Shown piece after piece: positions 25,983 to 38,325 of a stretch of 64,000 nt of DNA (position 1 is the stretch's first letter; each line of letters starts with the position of its first letter). Under the pieces are notes generated by a model. The model worked only from the letters and a program-made list of their open reading frames with translations, was not told the origin of the DNA and searched no databases. This DNA is from Octopus sinensis (Eukaryota): NCBI RefSeq assembly GCF_006345805.1, contig NC_043005.1:53072001-53136000 (forward strand). The letters run 5' to 3'. Both the position numbers and the translations under genes were made by a program.

Positions 25983-27747
25983 AACTTAATGTACATCACT
26001 ACATTCCTCGAAAATGAAGAAATTGCATGCAAAGAGACTGGTCAGAAAACACACTTATTTTACAAATTAAATCTGTACACAGACTTATAAAAATATAAAC
26101 TCTTTTTTAAAATCTAGATGCAGGCGAAAGGACTTGTTTCGTTGCTAAAAGTCAACTCCTTATTTATGTACATGACTCTCTGTCTCTATCTGTCTGGCTC
26201 TGGATCTGTCTCTCTGTCTCTGTCTCTGTCTTTGTCTGTCTGTCTGTCTGTCTCTGTCTCTCTCTCTCTCTTTCTCTCACACAGCCTAGCTTGTATGTAA
26301 TTTCTTCACAAGATATTGATTAACACGAGGTTATAGTTACTTGCCCAATAAATAGTAAAATGGGAATGAATCTTGAAGCTCATGGCTGAGATACGAACTT
26401 CTTAGCTACATAAACATGTCTGCGCATGTTGTTTTAGCATGATTAATGATATACCGAAATATTTAACAGCTTGCTGCTGTCTGTATTTGTACGCTAATAT
26501 ATTTATTGGTATCAAACATGAAAAGCTGCGGTATCTGCAGAAAAAGACATGTTTCTGGAAAAAAAATCAGCTGTTCTCTGTTAATAATTCGTAATTCTCG
26601 GGCTTAATGATAAGATTGTTATCGGAAATTACTGTACGTTCTTTTGTTGGAAAGTCAGTTTCGTACTGTGCATTCTTTTGTTGGGTAGAGGACTTCGTGT
26701 TCTGCTGGCAGTGTCACCGGTTTAGTATCTGTTGGTGGATATGGAAATAAAAGTGAATAGATACAACATGGTTAGACGACACGAAGAGTAAGCCTGATAT
26801 CAAAATTATTTAATAACGCTGGCAAGAATAACCGGGCTACTTCGAATCCAAAATAAATGCGCATAGTAGAAGAATAGCAAGAGCGCATTAAGTTTACAAC
26901 AGCAAAGAGGAAAAGCTCCTGCTGCGTATTATTTACGAAAATACGTTTAAAATAGATTGCATGACAAATCATTTACACAAAACTTATACTGTTTAGTGTA
27001 ACGAAGGTTCGCCAAGTGTAACTGCCTGTTGGACACATACGTGGCATATTATTAATTTCTATTCTTCACGAATAAGTATTGCTTATTAGCAATAGGTAAC
27101 CCTTTGGAAAATGAAAACGGTTATATCCGTTCAAAATTGTATTATCCTTACTTTTCTTTATGCTGCGAGAAGTGAGGACATTTCCATTTCCAGTGACGCT
27201 TTTTATAAAGGACCATTTTGTTTTTCACGTATTTCATCAAATATCTCTTTAACGAGCAGAAATCAAATACTTTTTGTGGCGGATATTTAAACGGTGCATA
27301 CGGGAGATACCGCAAAATGCATTGCAGGAGTAGAAAATATAAATTCGAGTTTTTTTTGGTGGATAATTTACATCAATATGAGAATGACTATAAATTTTAA
27401 TTGTGCTGTCAAAGATAGATCAAAGGTAGTTCACAGAGCTACAGTTTTGTTACATTTTTGCTACACTTTTGCTATGAATCCATATGTGTATGTGCAGCAG
27501 AACAAAGTAATCCCTCGACTATCGTGGGTTCAAATACCCCTACATGATAGGTGAAAATCCGCGAAGTAGAAACAATACTGTACTGTATATATATATATTT
27601 TTAATTTTATAATTTGTACATATTTATTTTATTATAAATGCAAAGCAACACCCCGGAGGAATCGACGTAAGCTTAAATAATAAACCGCGATTGGTGAACC
27701 GTGATATGGCGAGGGATTACTGTATAAACACAGACACACACACACAC

Positions 27748-27829
<82 letters not shown>

Positions 27830-28089
27830 ATAAATAGATAAGCACGCTCGTTTCAAAAATTGAATGAAGGAATGTGTGTTTTAGTTTTGAGTGACACAAT
27901 CTGTAATTTGGTCAGCTGTCTTCTACATCCAAGTAGCAAAGGAATCAAGTGCCAAATAAGATTCCTCCTGGCAATCTAAACCAATCCATAACGAGCGAGT
28001 AACAGTATTGTGTAACGTTAAAGCGCTGAGGTACAAGCAGCTGACCGAGACAACCATATTTCTGCACATAGGCTTGCGTACATCTATGA

Positions 28090-28135
<46 letters not shown>

Positions 28136-28283
28136 GAGAGAGGGAGAGAGAGAAAGAGAGAGATTAAGTGTTTGTAAGTGAGCAGGGCAGAGTATACAAG
28201 TTATTTGATAAGGAAGACAGGATAAAAGTGAGGAAGACTGAGAAATAAATATGCTACAGGTAGATTCACATAAGTTTTTCTCT

Positions 28284-28490
28284 ACTAACATATTTATTTG
28301 TATATAAACATATTTATCGTTATAACTGTATATTTATTGGTATTTTAACATCTCTAACGGTATACTAACATATTTATTGATATGCTTACACATTCATTAG
28401 CATACTAACATTCTCATTTGTATACTTACATCTTTATTGGCATACTAACATATTTATTGGTATACTAACACGTTTATTGACATACTAGAA
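28284..28490 (+). repeat. Degenerate ~21-bp minisatellite
   Basis: About 10 imperfect copies of TACTAACATATTTATTGGTA. Confidence 0.8.
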
Positions 28491-30929
28491 TAAATAATAT
28501 ATTGGATTTCCTAGTCAATAGCTGAAGTAACAGAGCAAGTGAGAAGATGTATTTATTGTGAAGCAGTGAAGCAACACAAAAGAAGATATCTGCCAAGATT
28601 CAGAGATTTTTCTCATTCCATATTAGTTTGACGTACCGAGAAGGAAACATTACACGTATGGTTATCATGTACATCAACAAACACAGAAATTTCTGGTTAG
28701 AACATTTGTGGCTGTTGTAGGTGAACCGATAAATATATCTCACTTACTGTCTCTTCTTCATATTTTGGCATGAAATTGAAGTAAAAACACGCACACACGA
28801 ATGGACACTTACACACACACGCACACACACACACACATGCGCACAAGCGCATGTACACCTGTTTTTATTCTCAGACGATAATAATAACGATGATGGTAGT
28901 GATGATAATTGAACAAATGTTATTGCCAAGAACATGGCGCAGAAGTATTCAAAGTCTAGGTCTACGGGTGAAACGTCAATGTTAATAAACATTCCTAACA
29001 TTGGTTCAGAGAAAAAAAAATTATTGGCAAGACAGGAGTGGATAAATAAAAAAAATACCAGTATTTGGCTGGTATTTTCTTATTGACCTCGAAAGGTAAA
29101 GAGGATATCTGACTGATTTGAATTCAAAAATATATAGTTGCCCTTTTCTGTCGTTGGTGGACTGCATTGCAGAGATAGTTGCTCAACCACCTCTTCTGTG
29201 TCTAGGATGTTTCCAGAAGCAAATGCAAGCCTTGAAAACATCACTTCTTCACTCATGGATATGTCACGAAGGAAAGACAATCCAATACGTTAGCAGCAAC
29301 TATGGGACGACAAGGGATTGCAGATATCTACTTTAGGGCCCATTCCTCCGTATTTTCTGTAGGTGTTCACTGCCTTAGCATTCTGTAAATGCTCAATAAA
29401 TCAACTTATGAAGCAACTGGGGTTTATTGTTATTATGGGCATAGTTTGTACAAAACCAGTCAGGTCTCTCGTCCTTAAAGTTTGTATTGGTTTGGTACAA
29501 GTGCCACAAAGCGAAGTAGTTATCAGGATGCAGGACTTCTACTGAGTTACCTATTCTTAGATGTGCAGTGATAGTGCTAGAAAGCTTCCTCTACCCAAGG
29601 ACTGTTGGGATATGTGAGTGATATTCTTGTCACATGCCATGCTAAATAACCATAACTGGGATCTTGACAGGTGCTACTCTCTCGTGTCAGAGTAGGCCTG
29701 GAAACAATAGTAGCTAGGAGGTGGTTCCACACCCTTCAAATGCCCGGAACTTCCGAACGCAGTTTAATGGTATATCTAAGATACATTACAAAAACATAAA
29801 TATCGAAAGACATTTTATCCCCCATTCCACTGTCTTCAATAATGTTAATAATTAAAAAGTATAAAAAATAACAACTGTGAAAATGTTTAAGACATTCCGC
29901 TTCTTTTACATGTTGATCCTGAACGAGGTAGATTGGTATAATCGTTAGTGTTGGAGAAGATACCTAGCAGCATTTTTATTCCGGATGTTCAGCTCTTCGC
30001 ATTCTGAGCTCAAGCCCTGACGAGCTGAACTTTGTCTTTTATCACACCTGGAATCGGTTGACAAAATAATGTCTCTGGCTGGAATGATTATAACAGAACT
30101 TTTAAAGCGTTCAACAAAATATGCAGAATTAGCTTCTGTTCTGTGGCGGCATTGGTGCCGAGCTGTATCGGTTTTTTGCTACTCTTCTGTTCATTACTGG
30201 CAGCGTTGTGAGGGGAGACGTTCTGCATTGGTCATTGTAGGTTCTCCATAAAAAAAATACAAACTGCGTTCAGGCTTGCATTTCCGAGAGAAATTGTCCT
30301 GTTAGAGTTATATAAAAATCCTTGGACAAAGGAGGCTTTAGTTAGAATCTTGATAATTGAGTGTCCAGCGTATTCGTCCCAAATTCAATAGTGCCATTTA
30401 TGTATATGGAGAAGTTTTAGAATATCCAAAAGGTTTCTAGGTTGTGTTGAACAGTAAAATATGACGTTTCGGACTTTTACAATTCAACAAAGGATAAAAA
30501 TAAGAGATGAGAGACAAGAGAGATTTTTGGCATTCAAAGAACTTTCTTATTGATTTATTTTTGCAGATGCGAACGTTTGCGAAATTTCGCTGAATCTGGA
30601 ATATATCATATTTATCGCTGTAGATTTCCTTGACAAGAATAATGCGCTTGTCATGCAGTTTTCTACAGGAAATGCAAAGATGATTTCTTGCTACTTTCAG
30701 GTATTACAGTTTTTTTTTCAATATGACATTATCGTGTGTACTACCCATTTACTAGGTCGTCACATCTACCTGGGATTCTGTAAATATAGAACGAAAAGAA
30801 ATTCCAAGAATTATATTATTCAAGGTTTTAATAATTTCACTTATCCGATTCTATGTATTCTCGCTTTAATTTAGCGACTCCGAAAAGTTGAATGGCGAAG
30901 TGAACTTCTCTAATATATATACATATATT

Positions 30930-31074
30930 CTTTTATTCTTTTACTCGTTTCATTCATTTCCTTGCGGCCATGGTGGAGCACTACTTTTAATCGAACAAAT
31001 CTCTTTGCCGAACCGCTAAGTTACGGGAAGTCAACACACCAACATCGGTTGTCAAGCGATGGTGAGGGTATATG

Positions 31075-31106
<32 letters not shown>

Positions 31107-31275
31107 ATACATATATATGAATGTATGTATGTATACGACGGGATTTTTTCAGTTTCCGTCTACCAAATCCCCTCACAAGTCTTTGGTTGGCCCAAGGCTA
31201 AAGTAGAAGACACTCGCCCAAGTTGCCGCGCAATGGGACTGAACCCGGAATCATGTGGTTGGGAAGCAACGCCCG
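30930..31275 (-). mobile_element. SINE family B
   Basis: Reverse complement of the family B consensus, partly deleted. Confidence 0.8.
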
Positions 31276-31529
31276 TGCCTATAAGTATATATGAAACATT
31301 TAATCGTCACTAATCGTGACTAATACTCACACACAAACACATACGAGCACTCACGTATGCATATAGGCACAGACAACATGTGTACGAATACATACGTGTG
31401 AGTGTGTGCATGTGTGTGTAAATAATCTATATAACCCAAGCCTGAACGAGCCGGATCTCTGTGTATGGTCAACAAAATCAAGAGGAAGCAGTGATAAATA
31501 TATTATATGCGTTTGTATGTGTGTGAACT

Positions 31530-31567
<38 letters not shown>

Positions 31568-31844
31568 ACAATTGAGGGTAAAATTAATTAATTAATCAAT
31601 TTCACCAAGTGTTCAGTATGTAAAAGGACCATTTAAGGCGAATTCAAAATATTACATTATAAAATTAGGGCTTAGTAAAATAAATTACTTTGCCACATAC
31701 TAAACTTAGTAGAAATAGCAGCCAAAAAAAATTTTCTTAGCATTTCTACTACTTAAAGAAAATTTCTCTCAGATAATGTTTACTCCAGACAGCTCACGAA
31801 GGTTTGGGGGTAAATACAGAAAAATATCACAAGTACATAGATCG

Positions 31845-31907
31845 TTTGAGTACGTCAACGTTTCAAGATTAGCCAAATAAAATCAGCATTTCTTTCGTCA
31901 GCTCAAA
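31845..31907 (-). ncRNA. Type I hammerhead ribozyme (family 2, copy 1)
   Basis: Reverse complement: TTTGAG CTGACGA AAGA-aatgctgattttatttggctaa-TCTT GAAA CG-TTGA-CG TA|CTCAAA. 6-bp stem I, intact core, 4-bp stem II, 3-bp stem III, GUA cleavage triplet. Confidence 0.8.
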
Positions 31908-32402
31908 ATTTCTTAATTTGGATTTGGAAACACAAAAAAGAAGGAACTTTACCTATCAGCGAACTTGTCGCTTCAGATGAACCACTCCAACTAAAAAGTG
32001 TCAACAAATTCAAAATGCGCAGGCGTAAAATTCTACTAAGTTCAGTATGTGGCAAAGTAATTTATTTTACTAAGCCCTAATTATATAATGTAATATTTTG
32101 AATTCGCCTTAAATGGTCCTTTTACATACTGAACACTTGGTGAAATTGATTAATTAATTAATTTTACCCTCAATTGTTGATATTATAATTCATTTCTCTC
32201 GGTCATACTGCCTCGGTTCTCGCGGTTAAAATATAATGTTTGCTAGATAGACCACGTGGGTGGAATGGGGAGTGCAGAATTTTACGCCTGCGCATTTTGA
32301 ATTTGTTGACACTGTTTAGTTGGAGTGGTTCATCTGAAGCGACAAGTTCGCTGATAGGTAAAGTTCCTTCTTTTTAGTGTTTCCAAATCCAAATTAAGAA
32401 AT

Positions 32403-32464
32403 TTTGAGCTGACGAAAGAAATGCTGATTTTATTTGGCTAATCTTGAAACGTGACGTACTCAAA
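32403..32464 (+). ncRNA. Type I hammerhead ribozyme (family 2, copy 2)
   Basis: TTTGAG CTGACGA AAGA...TCTT GAAA CG-TGA-CG TA|CTCAAA; predicted cleavage after 32458. Confidence 0.78.
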
Positions 32465-32645
32465 CGATCTATGTACTTGTGATATTTTTCTGTATTTACC
32501 CCCAAACCTTCGTGAGCTGTCTGGAGTAAACATTATCTGAAAGAAATTTTCTTTAAGTAGTAGAAATGCTAAGAAAATTTTTTTTGGCTGCTATTTCTAC
32601 TAAGTTCAGTATGTGGCAAAGTAATTTATTTTACTAAGCCCTAAT

Positions 32646-32720
<75 letters not shown>

Positions 32721-32721
32721 C

Positions 32722-33650
32722 AGGGAATATTTCGAAGGGAATAAAAAATATAAACACTTACCATCTAACTCCTGTACCATGGTTTCAAACTCGATTTAGC
32801 AAATAAAGTAATTTGCCCGGCAAATTTCTCATCAGCGGGAGCGCCAAGATTAACATACAAATACGAGGCAACACAGTGCATGCCTCGTGCTTACATATAA
32901 CTTTTCAAACCCACCGCGTAAGCGCAGTTTTATTTTTTGTCAGCAGCAAATAAAACTAATACCGAGTTGCTTCAAAATATTAGCCCCGAAAATTATAAAT
33001 AAATATCAGGGAAGGAAAAATCTCAGAAATTTTTACTACCATTGGCCTAACATGTGGAAAACTAGTCAATAGACTTCGAAATTATCCCTAATAGTGGGTT
33101 GGATTTTGACTACTCCTTCTAGGGTGTTAGATGTCCTATTATAGTAATTTCTTATATGTTTAAATGTACACTGTATTTATATGAATAATATATGGTCTAT
33201 TGACTAGTTTTCCACATGCTTTGCCACTGATAGTAAAAATTTCTGAGATTTTTCCTACCCTGATATTTATTAAAAATTTTTGGGGCTAATTTTTTGAAAC
33301 AAGTCAGCATTATTTTTCTTTGCTGCCGACAAAATAAAAAAAAGAAAAAAACTGCGCTTGCGCGGTGGATTTGAAAAATTATAATATGTAAGCACCAAGC
33401 ATGTACTGTGTTGCCTCGTATATTTATGCTAATCTTGGCGCTCCTGCTGATGAGGACTTCGCTTGGAAATATACTTTATTTGCTAACTAGAGTTTGTAAC
33501 CATGGCCCAGAAGTTAGATGGTAAATGTTTTTATTTTTCATTCCCTTCGAAATTATCCTCAATAGTGGTTTGGATTTTGACTACTCCTTCTAGTGTGTTA
33601 GATGTTCTATTATCTCCATCTCTTATGTGTTTAAATGTATACTGTATTTT
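32722..33650. repeat. Older X-Y-X'-Y inverted/direct repeat element
   Basis: X (about 32722-33073) is the reverse complement of about 33195-33555 at roughly 80% identity by eye; Y (about 33074-33190) recurs directly at about 33547-33650. Confidence 0.8.
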
Positions 33651-33930
33651 ATTATATATATATATGTACATATACATATATATATATACTTACATACAAA
33701 CACACACACACACACATATATATAGTAAATCCCCCAAAACAAGGACAACAAACACAAAAAAAACAATGCGAGGACTTGGTACATGTAAATTATTAGCAGA
33801 CGCAACAGGGAAGGAAAGAAAGATCGTTTAACGTTTCGGGCAACGTTCTTCTTCAAAAAGAGAGGAAAGTCCAATAGAAAGGAAGATGGAGAAAATTCCC
33901 AACGGTTCACATCTGGTTACATTTTGAAAG

Positions 33931-33959
<29 letters not shown>

Positions 33960-33962
<3 letters not shown>

Positions 33963-34170
33963 TCTTTTATTCTTTTATTTGTTTCAGTCAGACTGTGGCC
34001 ATGCTGGAGCATCACCTTTAGTCGAACAAATAAACCCCAGGGCTTATTCTTTGTAAACCTAATACCTATTCTATCAGTCTCTTTTGCCGAACTGTTAAGT
34101 TATGGGGATATAAACACACTAACGTCGGTTGTAAAGCAATGGTGAGGGAGACAAACACAGACACACAAAC
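33960..34170 (-). mobile_element. SINE family B 3' fragment
   Basis: Matches the family B tail. Confidence 0.8.
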
Positions 34171-34464
34171 TTATATATATATATATGATGTAAACTCAAA
34201 TTAGGGTATCATATTCATCTAGTTATAAATTCGTCTTAAAACGCGTATACATATATTAATACATATCGACACATGAATATTAAAAAAATATTTATAAAAC
34301 ACAAATACATATATAAATATATATGTTAATAAAAAAATCCATGTGGGATACGTATGGAAAAAAGTGTGAGAAAAAGAGAATTGATAAAAAGAGGCCCAGG
34401 AAGGACGTGCTTGCGACGCAAGCATCTTACCACACAGCCACGTCTGCACGTGTATATATATATA

Positions 34465-34564
<100 letters not shown>

Positions 34565-34594
34565 ATATATCCCCTACTTTTCTTTTCCTGTTTG

Positions 34595-34802
34595 ACCCCT
34601 CTGTCCGGCACTAGTCGCATGATAGATCGTTAGCCACTACACAGATTTTTTTCTCTCCTTGTTTTTTCTGTGTCCCTTTCTGTAAAAGAGCGTAGGCTCG
34701 AAACGTAAAATACTTTTTCTATTCCTGAGCGTTATACTAATACATCTGTTGTTTTGTTACACCACCTGTCTTCGTCTTTTGTTTTTTTCGTAAACTCTCC
34801 CT
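34595..34802 (+). mobile_element. Probable Penelope-like element terminal fragment in (TA)n
   Basis: Pyrimidine-rich body with GAGC-GTAG-GCTC-GAAACGTA, the stem II/GAAAC part of a PLE-type minimal hammerhead. A similar motif lies on the minus strand at about 33825-33860. Confidence 0.45.
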
Positions 34803-34858
34803 ATATATGTATATATGTATATATATATGTATATATATATATATAAATATATATATAT

Positions 34859-34897
<39 letters not shown>

Positions 34898-35019
34898 TAA
34901 CAATTTAGGAATGGCCTAAACAGGCCATTCGTCCACTAGAAAGAGCAGCCATAACTCCAACCGCCAAGTAGTGTAATTCGGAAATAAGGTGAAAATTTAA
35001 AAACATTTACCCTAATTCA

Positions 35020-35120
35020 TCTTTTATACGATGCATCGTTTCAGTGTCTTTAATGATAGACCAGCTTAATTAAATTAAATTAAGCTAGTCTACCATAGGT
35101 CACACTTCATCAGTAAAAGA
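35020..35120 (-). ncRNA. Type I hammerhead ribozyme (family 1, unit 1)
   Basis: Reverse complement: TCTTTTA CTGATGA AGTGT-[long hairpin]-ACACT GAAA CGATGCATCG TA|TAAAAGA. 7-bp stem I, intact core, 5-bp stem II, palindromic stem III ACGATGCATCGT, GUA triplet; predicted cut between 35027 and 35026. Confidence 0.88.
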
Positions 35121-35491
35121 AACCTGGGAGAGACGGATATATACGAGGCGACTGTATCAATGCCTCGAGAATATCTGTCTTAAAATTTTCAAGACCAACG
35201 CATTCGCGCCAAACTTATCGGCAGCAAATATAAACTGCCGATTCAATCTCAGAATTAGTCAGAAAATTATCAATTAATCAATTAGGGTAGCAAAAAATTC
35301 AGTAAAAATTTATCGCTACCAGCGGCCTAATGGAAAAGAGAAAATAGTCAAAGACTAAATATGTAAAATAAACAATTTAGGAATGGCCTAAACAGGCCAT
35401 TCGTCCACTAGAAAGAGCAGCCATAACTCCAACCGCCAAGTAGTGTAATTCGGAAATAAGGTGAAAATTTAAAAACATTTACCCTAATTCA

Positions 35492-35591
35492 TCTTTTATA
35501 CGATGCATCGTTTCAGTGTCTTAATGATAGACCAGCTTAATTAAATTAAATTAAGCTAGTCTACCATAGGTCACACTTCATCAGTAAAAGA
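35492..35591 (-). ncRNA. Type I hammerhead ribozyme (family 1, unit 2)
   Basis: Same motif, core intact. Confidence 0.87.
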
Positions 35592-35960
35592 AACCTGGGA
35601 GAGACGGATATATACGAGGCGACTGTATCAATGCCTCGAGATATCTGTCTTAAAATTTTCAAGACCAACGCATTCGCGCCAAACTTATCGGCAGCAAATA
35701 TAACTGCCGATTCAATCTCAGAATTAGTCAGAAAATTATCAATTAATCAATTTAGGGTAGCAAAAAATTCAGTAAAAATTTATCGCTACCAGCGGCCTAA
35801 TGGAAGAGAAAATAGTCAAAGACTAATATGTATAAATATAACAATTTAGGAATGGCCTAAACAGGCCATTCGTCCACTAGAAAGAGCAGCCATAACTCCA
35901 ACCGCCAAGTAGTGTAATTCGGAAATAAGGTGAAAATTTAAAAACATTTACCCTAATTCA

Positions 35961-36061
35961 TCTTTTATACGATGCATCGTTTCAGTGTCTTTAATGATAG
36001 ACCAGCTTAATTAAATTAAATTAAGCTAGTCTACCATAGGTCACACTTCATCAGTAAAAGA
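35961..36061 (-). ncRNA. Type I hammerhead ribozyme (family 1, unit 3)
   Basis: Same motif, core intact. Confidence 0.87.
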
Positions 36062-36434
36062 AACCTGGGAGAGACGGATATATACGAGGCGACTGTATCA
36101 ATGCCTCGAGAATATCTGTCTTAAAATTTCAAGACCAACGCATTCGCGCCAAACTTATCGGCAGCAAATTAAACTGCCGATTCAATCTCAGAATTAGTCA
36201 GAAAATTATCAATTATCAATTTAGGGTAGCAAAAAATTCAGTAAAAATTTATCGCTACCAGCGGCCTAATGGAAAAGAGAAAATAGTCAAAGACTAAATA
36301 TGTATAAATATAACAATTTAGGAATGGCCTAAACAGGCCATTCGTCACTAGAAAGAGCAGCCATAACTCCAAACGCCAAGTAGTGTAAGTGTTCGGAAAT
36401 AAGGTGAAAATTTAAAAACATTTACCCTAATTCA

Positions 36435-36534
36435 TCTTTTATACGATGCATCGTTTCAGTGTCTTTAATGATAGACAGCTTAATTAAATTAAATTAAGCT
36501 AGTCTACCATAGGTCACACTTCATCAGTAAAAGA
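36435..36534 (-). ncRNA. Type I hammerhead ribozyme (family 1, unit 4)
   Basis: Core intact; 1-nt deletion in the stem II extension. Confidence 0.86.
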
Positions 36535-36907
36535 AACCTGGGAGAGACGGATATATACGAGGCGACTGTATCAATGCCTCGAGAATATCTGTCTTAAAAT
36601 TTTCAAGACCAACGCATTCGCGCCAAACTTATCGGCAGCAAATAAAACTGCCGATTCAATCTCAGAATTAGTCAGAAAATTATCAATTAATCAATTTAGG
36701 GTAGCAAAAAATTCAGTAAAAATTATCGCTACCAGCGGCCTAATGGAAAAGAGAAAATAGTCAAAGACTAAATATGTATAAATATAACATTTAGGAATGG
36801 CCTAAACAGGCCATTCGTCCACTAGAAAGAGCAGCCATAACTCCAACCGCCAAGTAGTGTGTAATTCGGAAATAAGGTGAAAATTTAAAAACATTTACCC
36901 TAATTCA

Positions 36908-37006
36908 TTTTTATACGATGCATCGTTCAGTGTCTTTAATGATAGACCAGCTTAATTAAATTAAATTAAGCTAGTCTACCATAGGTCACACTTCATCAGT
37001 AAAAGA
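36908..37006 (-). ncRNA. Hammerhead (family 1, unit 5) with core lesion
   Basis: GAAA reads GAA and stem I lacks one base; this is either a real lesion or a consensus error. Confidence 0.7.
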
Positions 37007-37381
37007 AACCTGGGAGAGACGGATATTATACGAGGCGACTGTATCAATGCCTCGAGAATATCTGTCTTAAAATTTTCAAGACCAACGCATCGCGCCAAAC
37101 TTATCGGCAGCAAATATAAACTGCCGATTCAATCTCAGAATTAGTCAGAAAATTATCAATTAATCAATTTAGGGTAGCAAAAAATTCAGTAAAAATTTAT
37201 CGCTACCAGCGGCCTAATGGAAAAGAGAAAATAGTCAAAGACTAAATATGTATAAATATAACAATTTAGGAATGGCCTAAACAGGCCATTCGTCCACTAG
37301 AAAGAGCAGCCATAACTCCAACCGCCAAGTAGTGTGTAATTCGGAAAAAGGTGAAAATTTAAAAACATTTACCCTAATTCA

Positions 37382-37481
37382 TCTTTTATACGATGCATCG
37401 TTTCAGTGTCTTTAATGATAGACCAGCTTAATAAATTAAATTAAGCTAGTCTACCATAGGTCACACTTCATCAGTAAAAGA
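37382..37481 (-). ncRNA. Type I hammerhead ribozyme (family 1, unit 6)
   Basis: Core intact. Confidence 0.86.
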
Positions 37482-37850
37482 AACCTGGGAGAGACGGATA
37501 TATACGAGGCGACTGTATCAATGCCTCGAGAATATGTCTTAAAATTTTCAAGACCAACGCATTCGCGCCAAACTTATCGGCAGCAAATATAAACTGCCGA
37601 TTCAATCTCAGAATTAGTCAGAAAATTATCAATTAATCAATTTAGGGTAGCAAAAAATTCAGTAAAATTTATCGCTACCAGCGGCCTAATGGAAAAGAGA
37701 AAATAGTCAAAGACTAAATATGTATAAATATAACATTTAGGAATGGCCTAAACAGGCCATTCGTCACTTGAAAGAGCAGCCATAACTCCAACCGCCAAGT
37801 AGTGTAATTCGGAAATAAGGTGAAAATTTAAAAACATTTACCCTAATTCA

Positions 37851-37950
37851 TCTTTTATACGATGCATCGTTCAGTGTCTTTAATGATAGACCAGCTTAAT
37901 TAAATTAAATTAAGCTAGTCTACCATAGGTCACACTTCATCAGTAAAAGA
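37851..37950 (-). ncRNA. Hammerhead (family 1, unit 7) with core lesion
   Basis: GAAA reads GAA. Confidence 0.7.
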
Positions 37951-38325
37951 AACCTGGGAGAGACGGATATTATACGAGGCGACTGTATCAATGCCTCGAG
38001 AATATCTGTCTTAAAATTTTCAAGACCAACGCATTCGCGCCAAACTTATCGGCAGCAAATATAAACTGCGATTCAATCTCAGAATTAGTCAGAAAATTAT
38101 CAATAATCAATTTAGGGTAGCAAAAAATTCAGTAAAAATTTATCGCTACCAGCGGCCTAATGGAAAAGAGAAAATAGTCAAAGACTAAATATGTATAAAT
38201 ATAACAATTTAGGAATGGCCTAAACAGGCCATTCGTCCACTAGAAAGAAAGAGCAGCCATAACTCCAAACCGCAAGTAGTGTAATTCGAAATAAGGTGAA
38301 AATTTAAAAACATTTACCCTAATTC

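Larger units (their letters stand above)
31563..32652. mobile_element. Foldback non-autonomous element carrying two hammerhead ribozymes, inserted in (TA)n
   Basis: A ~150-bp inverted repeat (31563-31712 vs 32032-32183) plus a ~380-bp inverted repeat (about 31655-32037 vs 32276-32652), both near-identical; (TA)n on the outer flanks. Confidence 0.85.

Noticed and set aside
29320-29720. Possible Penelope-like RT fragment on the minus strand
   Set aside because: There are only vague matches (NYF-like); no continuous motif could be recovered.
34909-34939. 9-bp hairpin GAATGGCCT-AAAC-AGGCCATTC followed by CTAG, resembling a Helitron 3' end
   Set aside because: CTAG is followed by AAAG rather than a TC start, and it does not coincide with either array boundary.
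35631-35849. 72-aa ORF in one array unit
   Set aside because: It is open in only one unit because of indels and has no recognisable motif.
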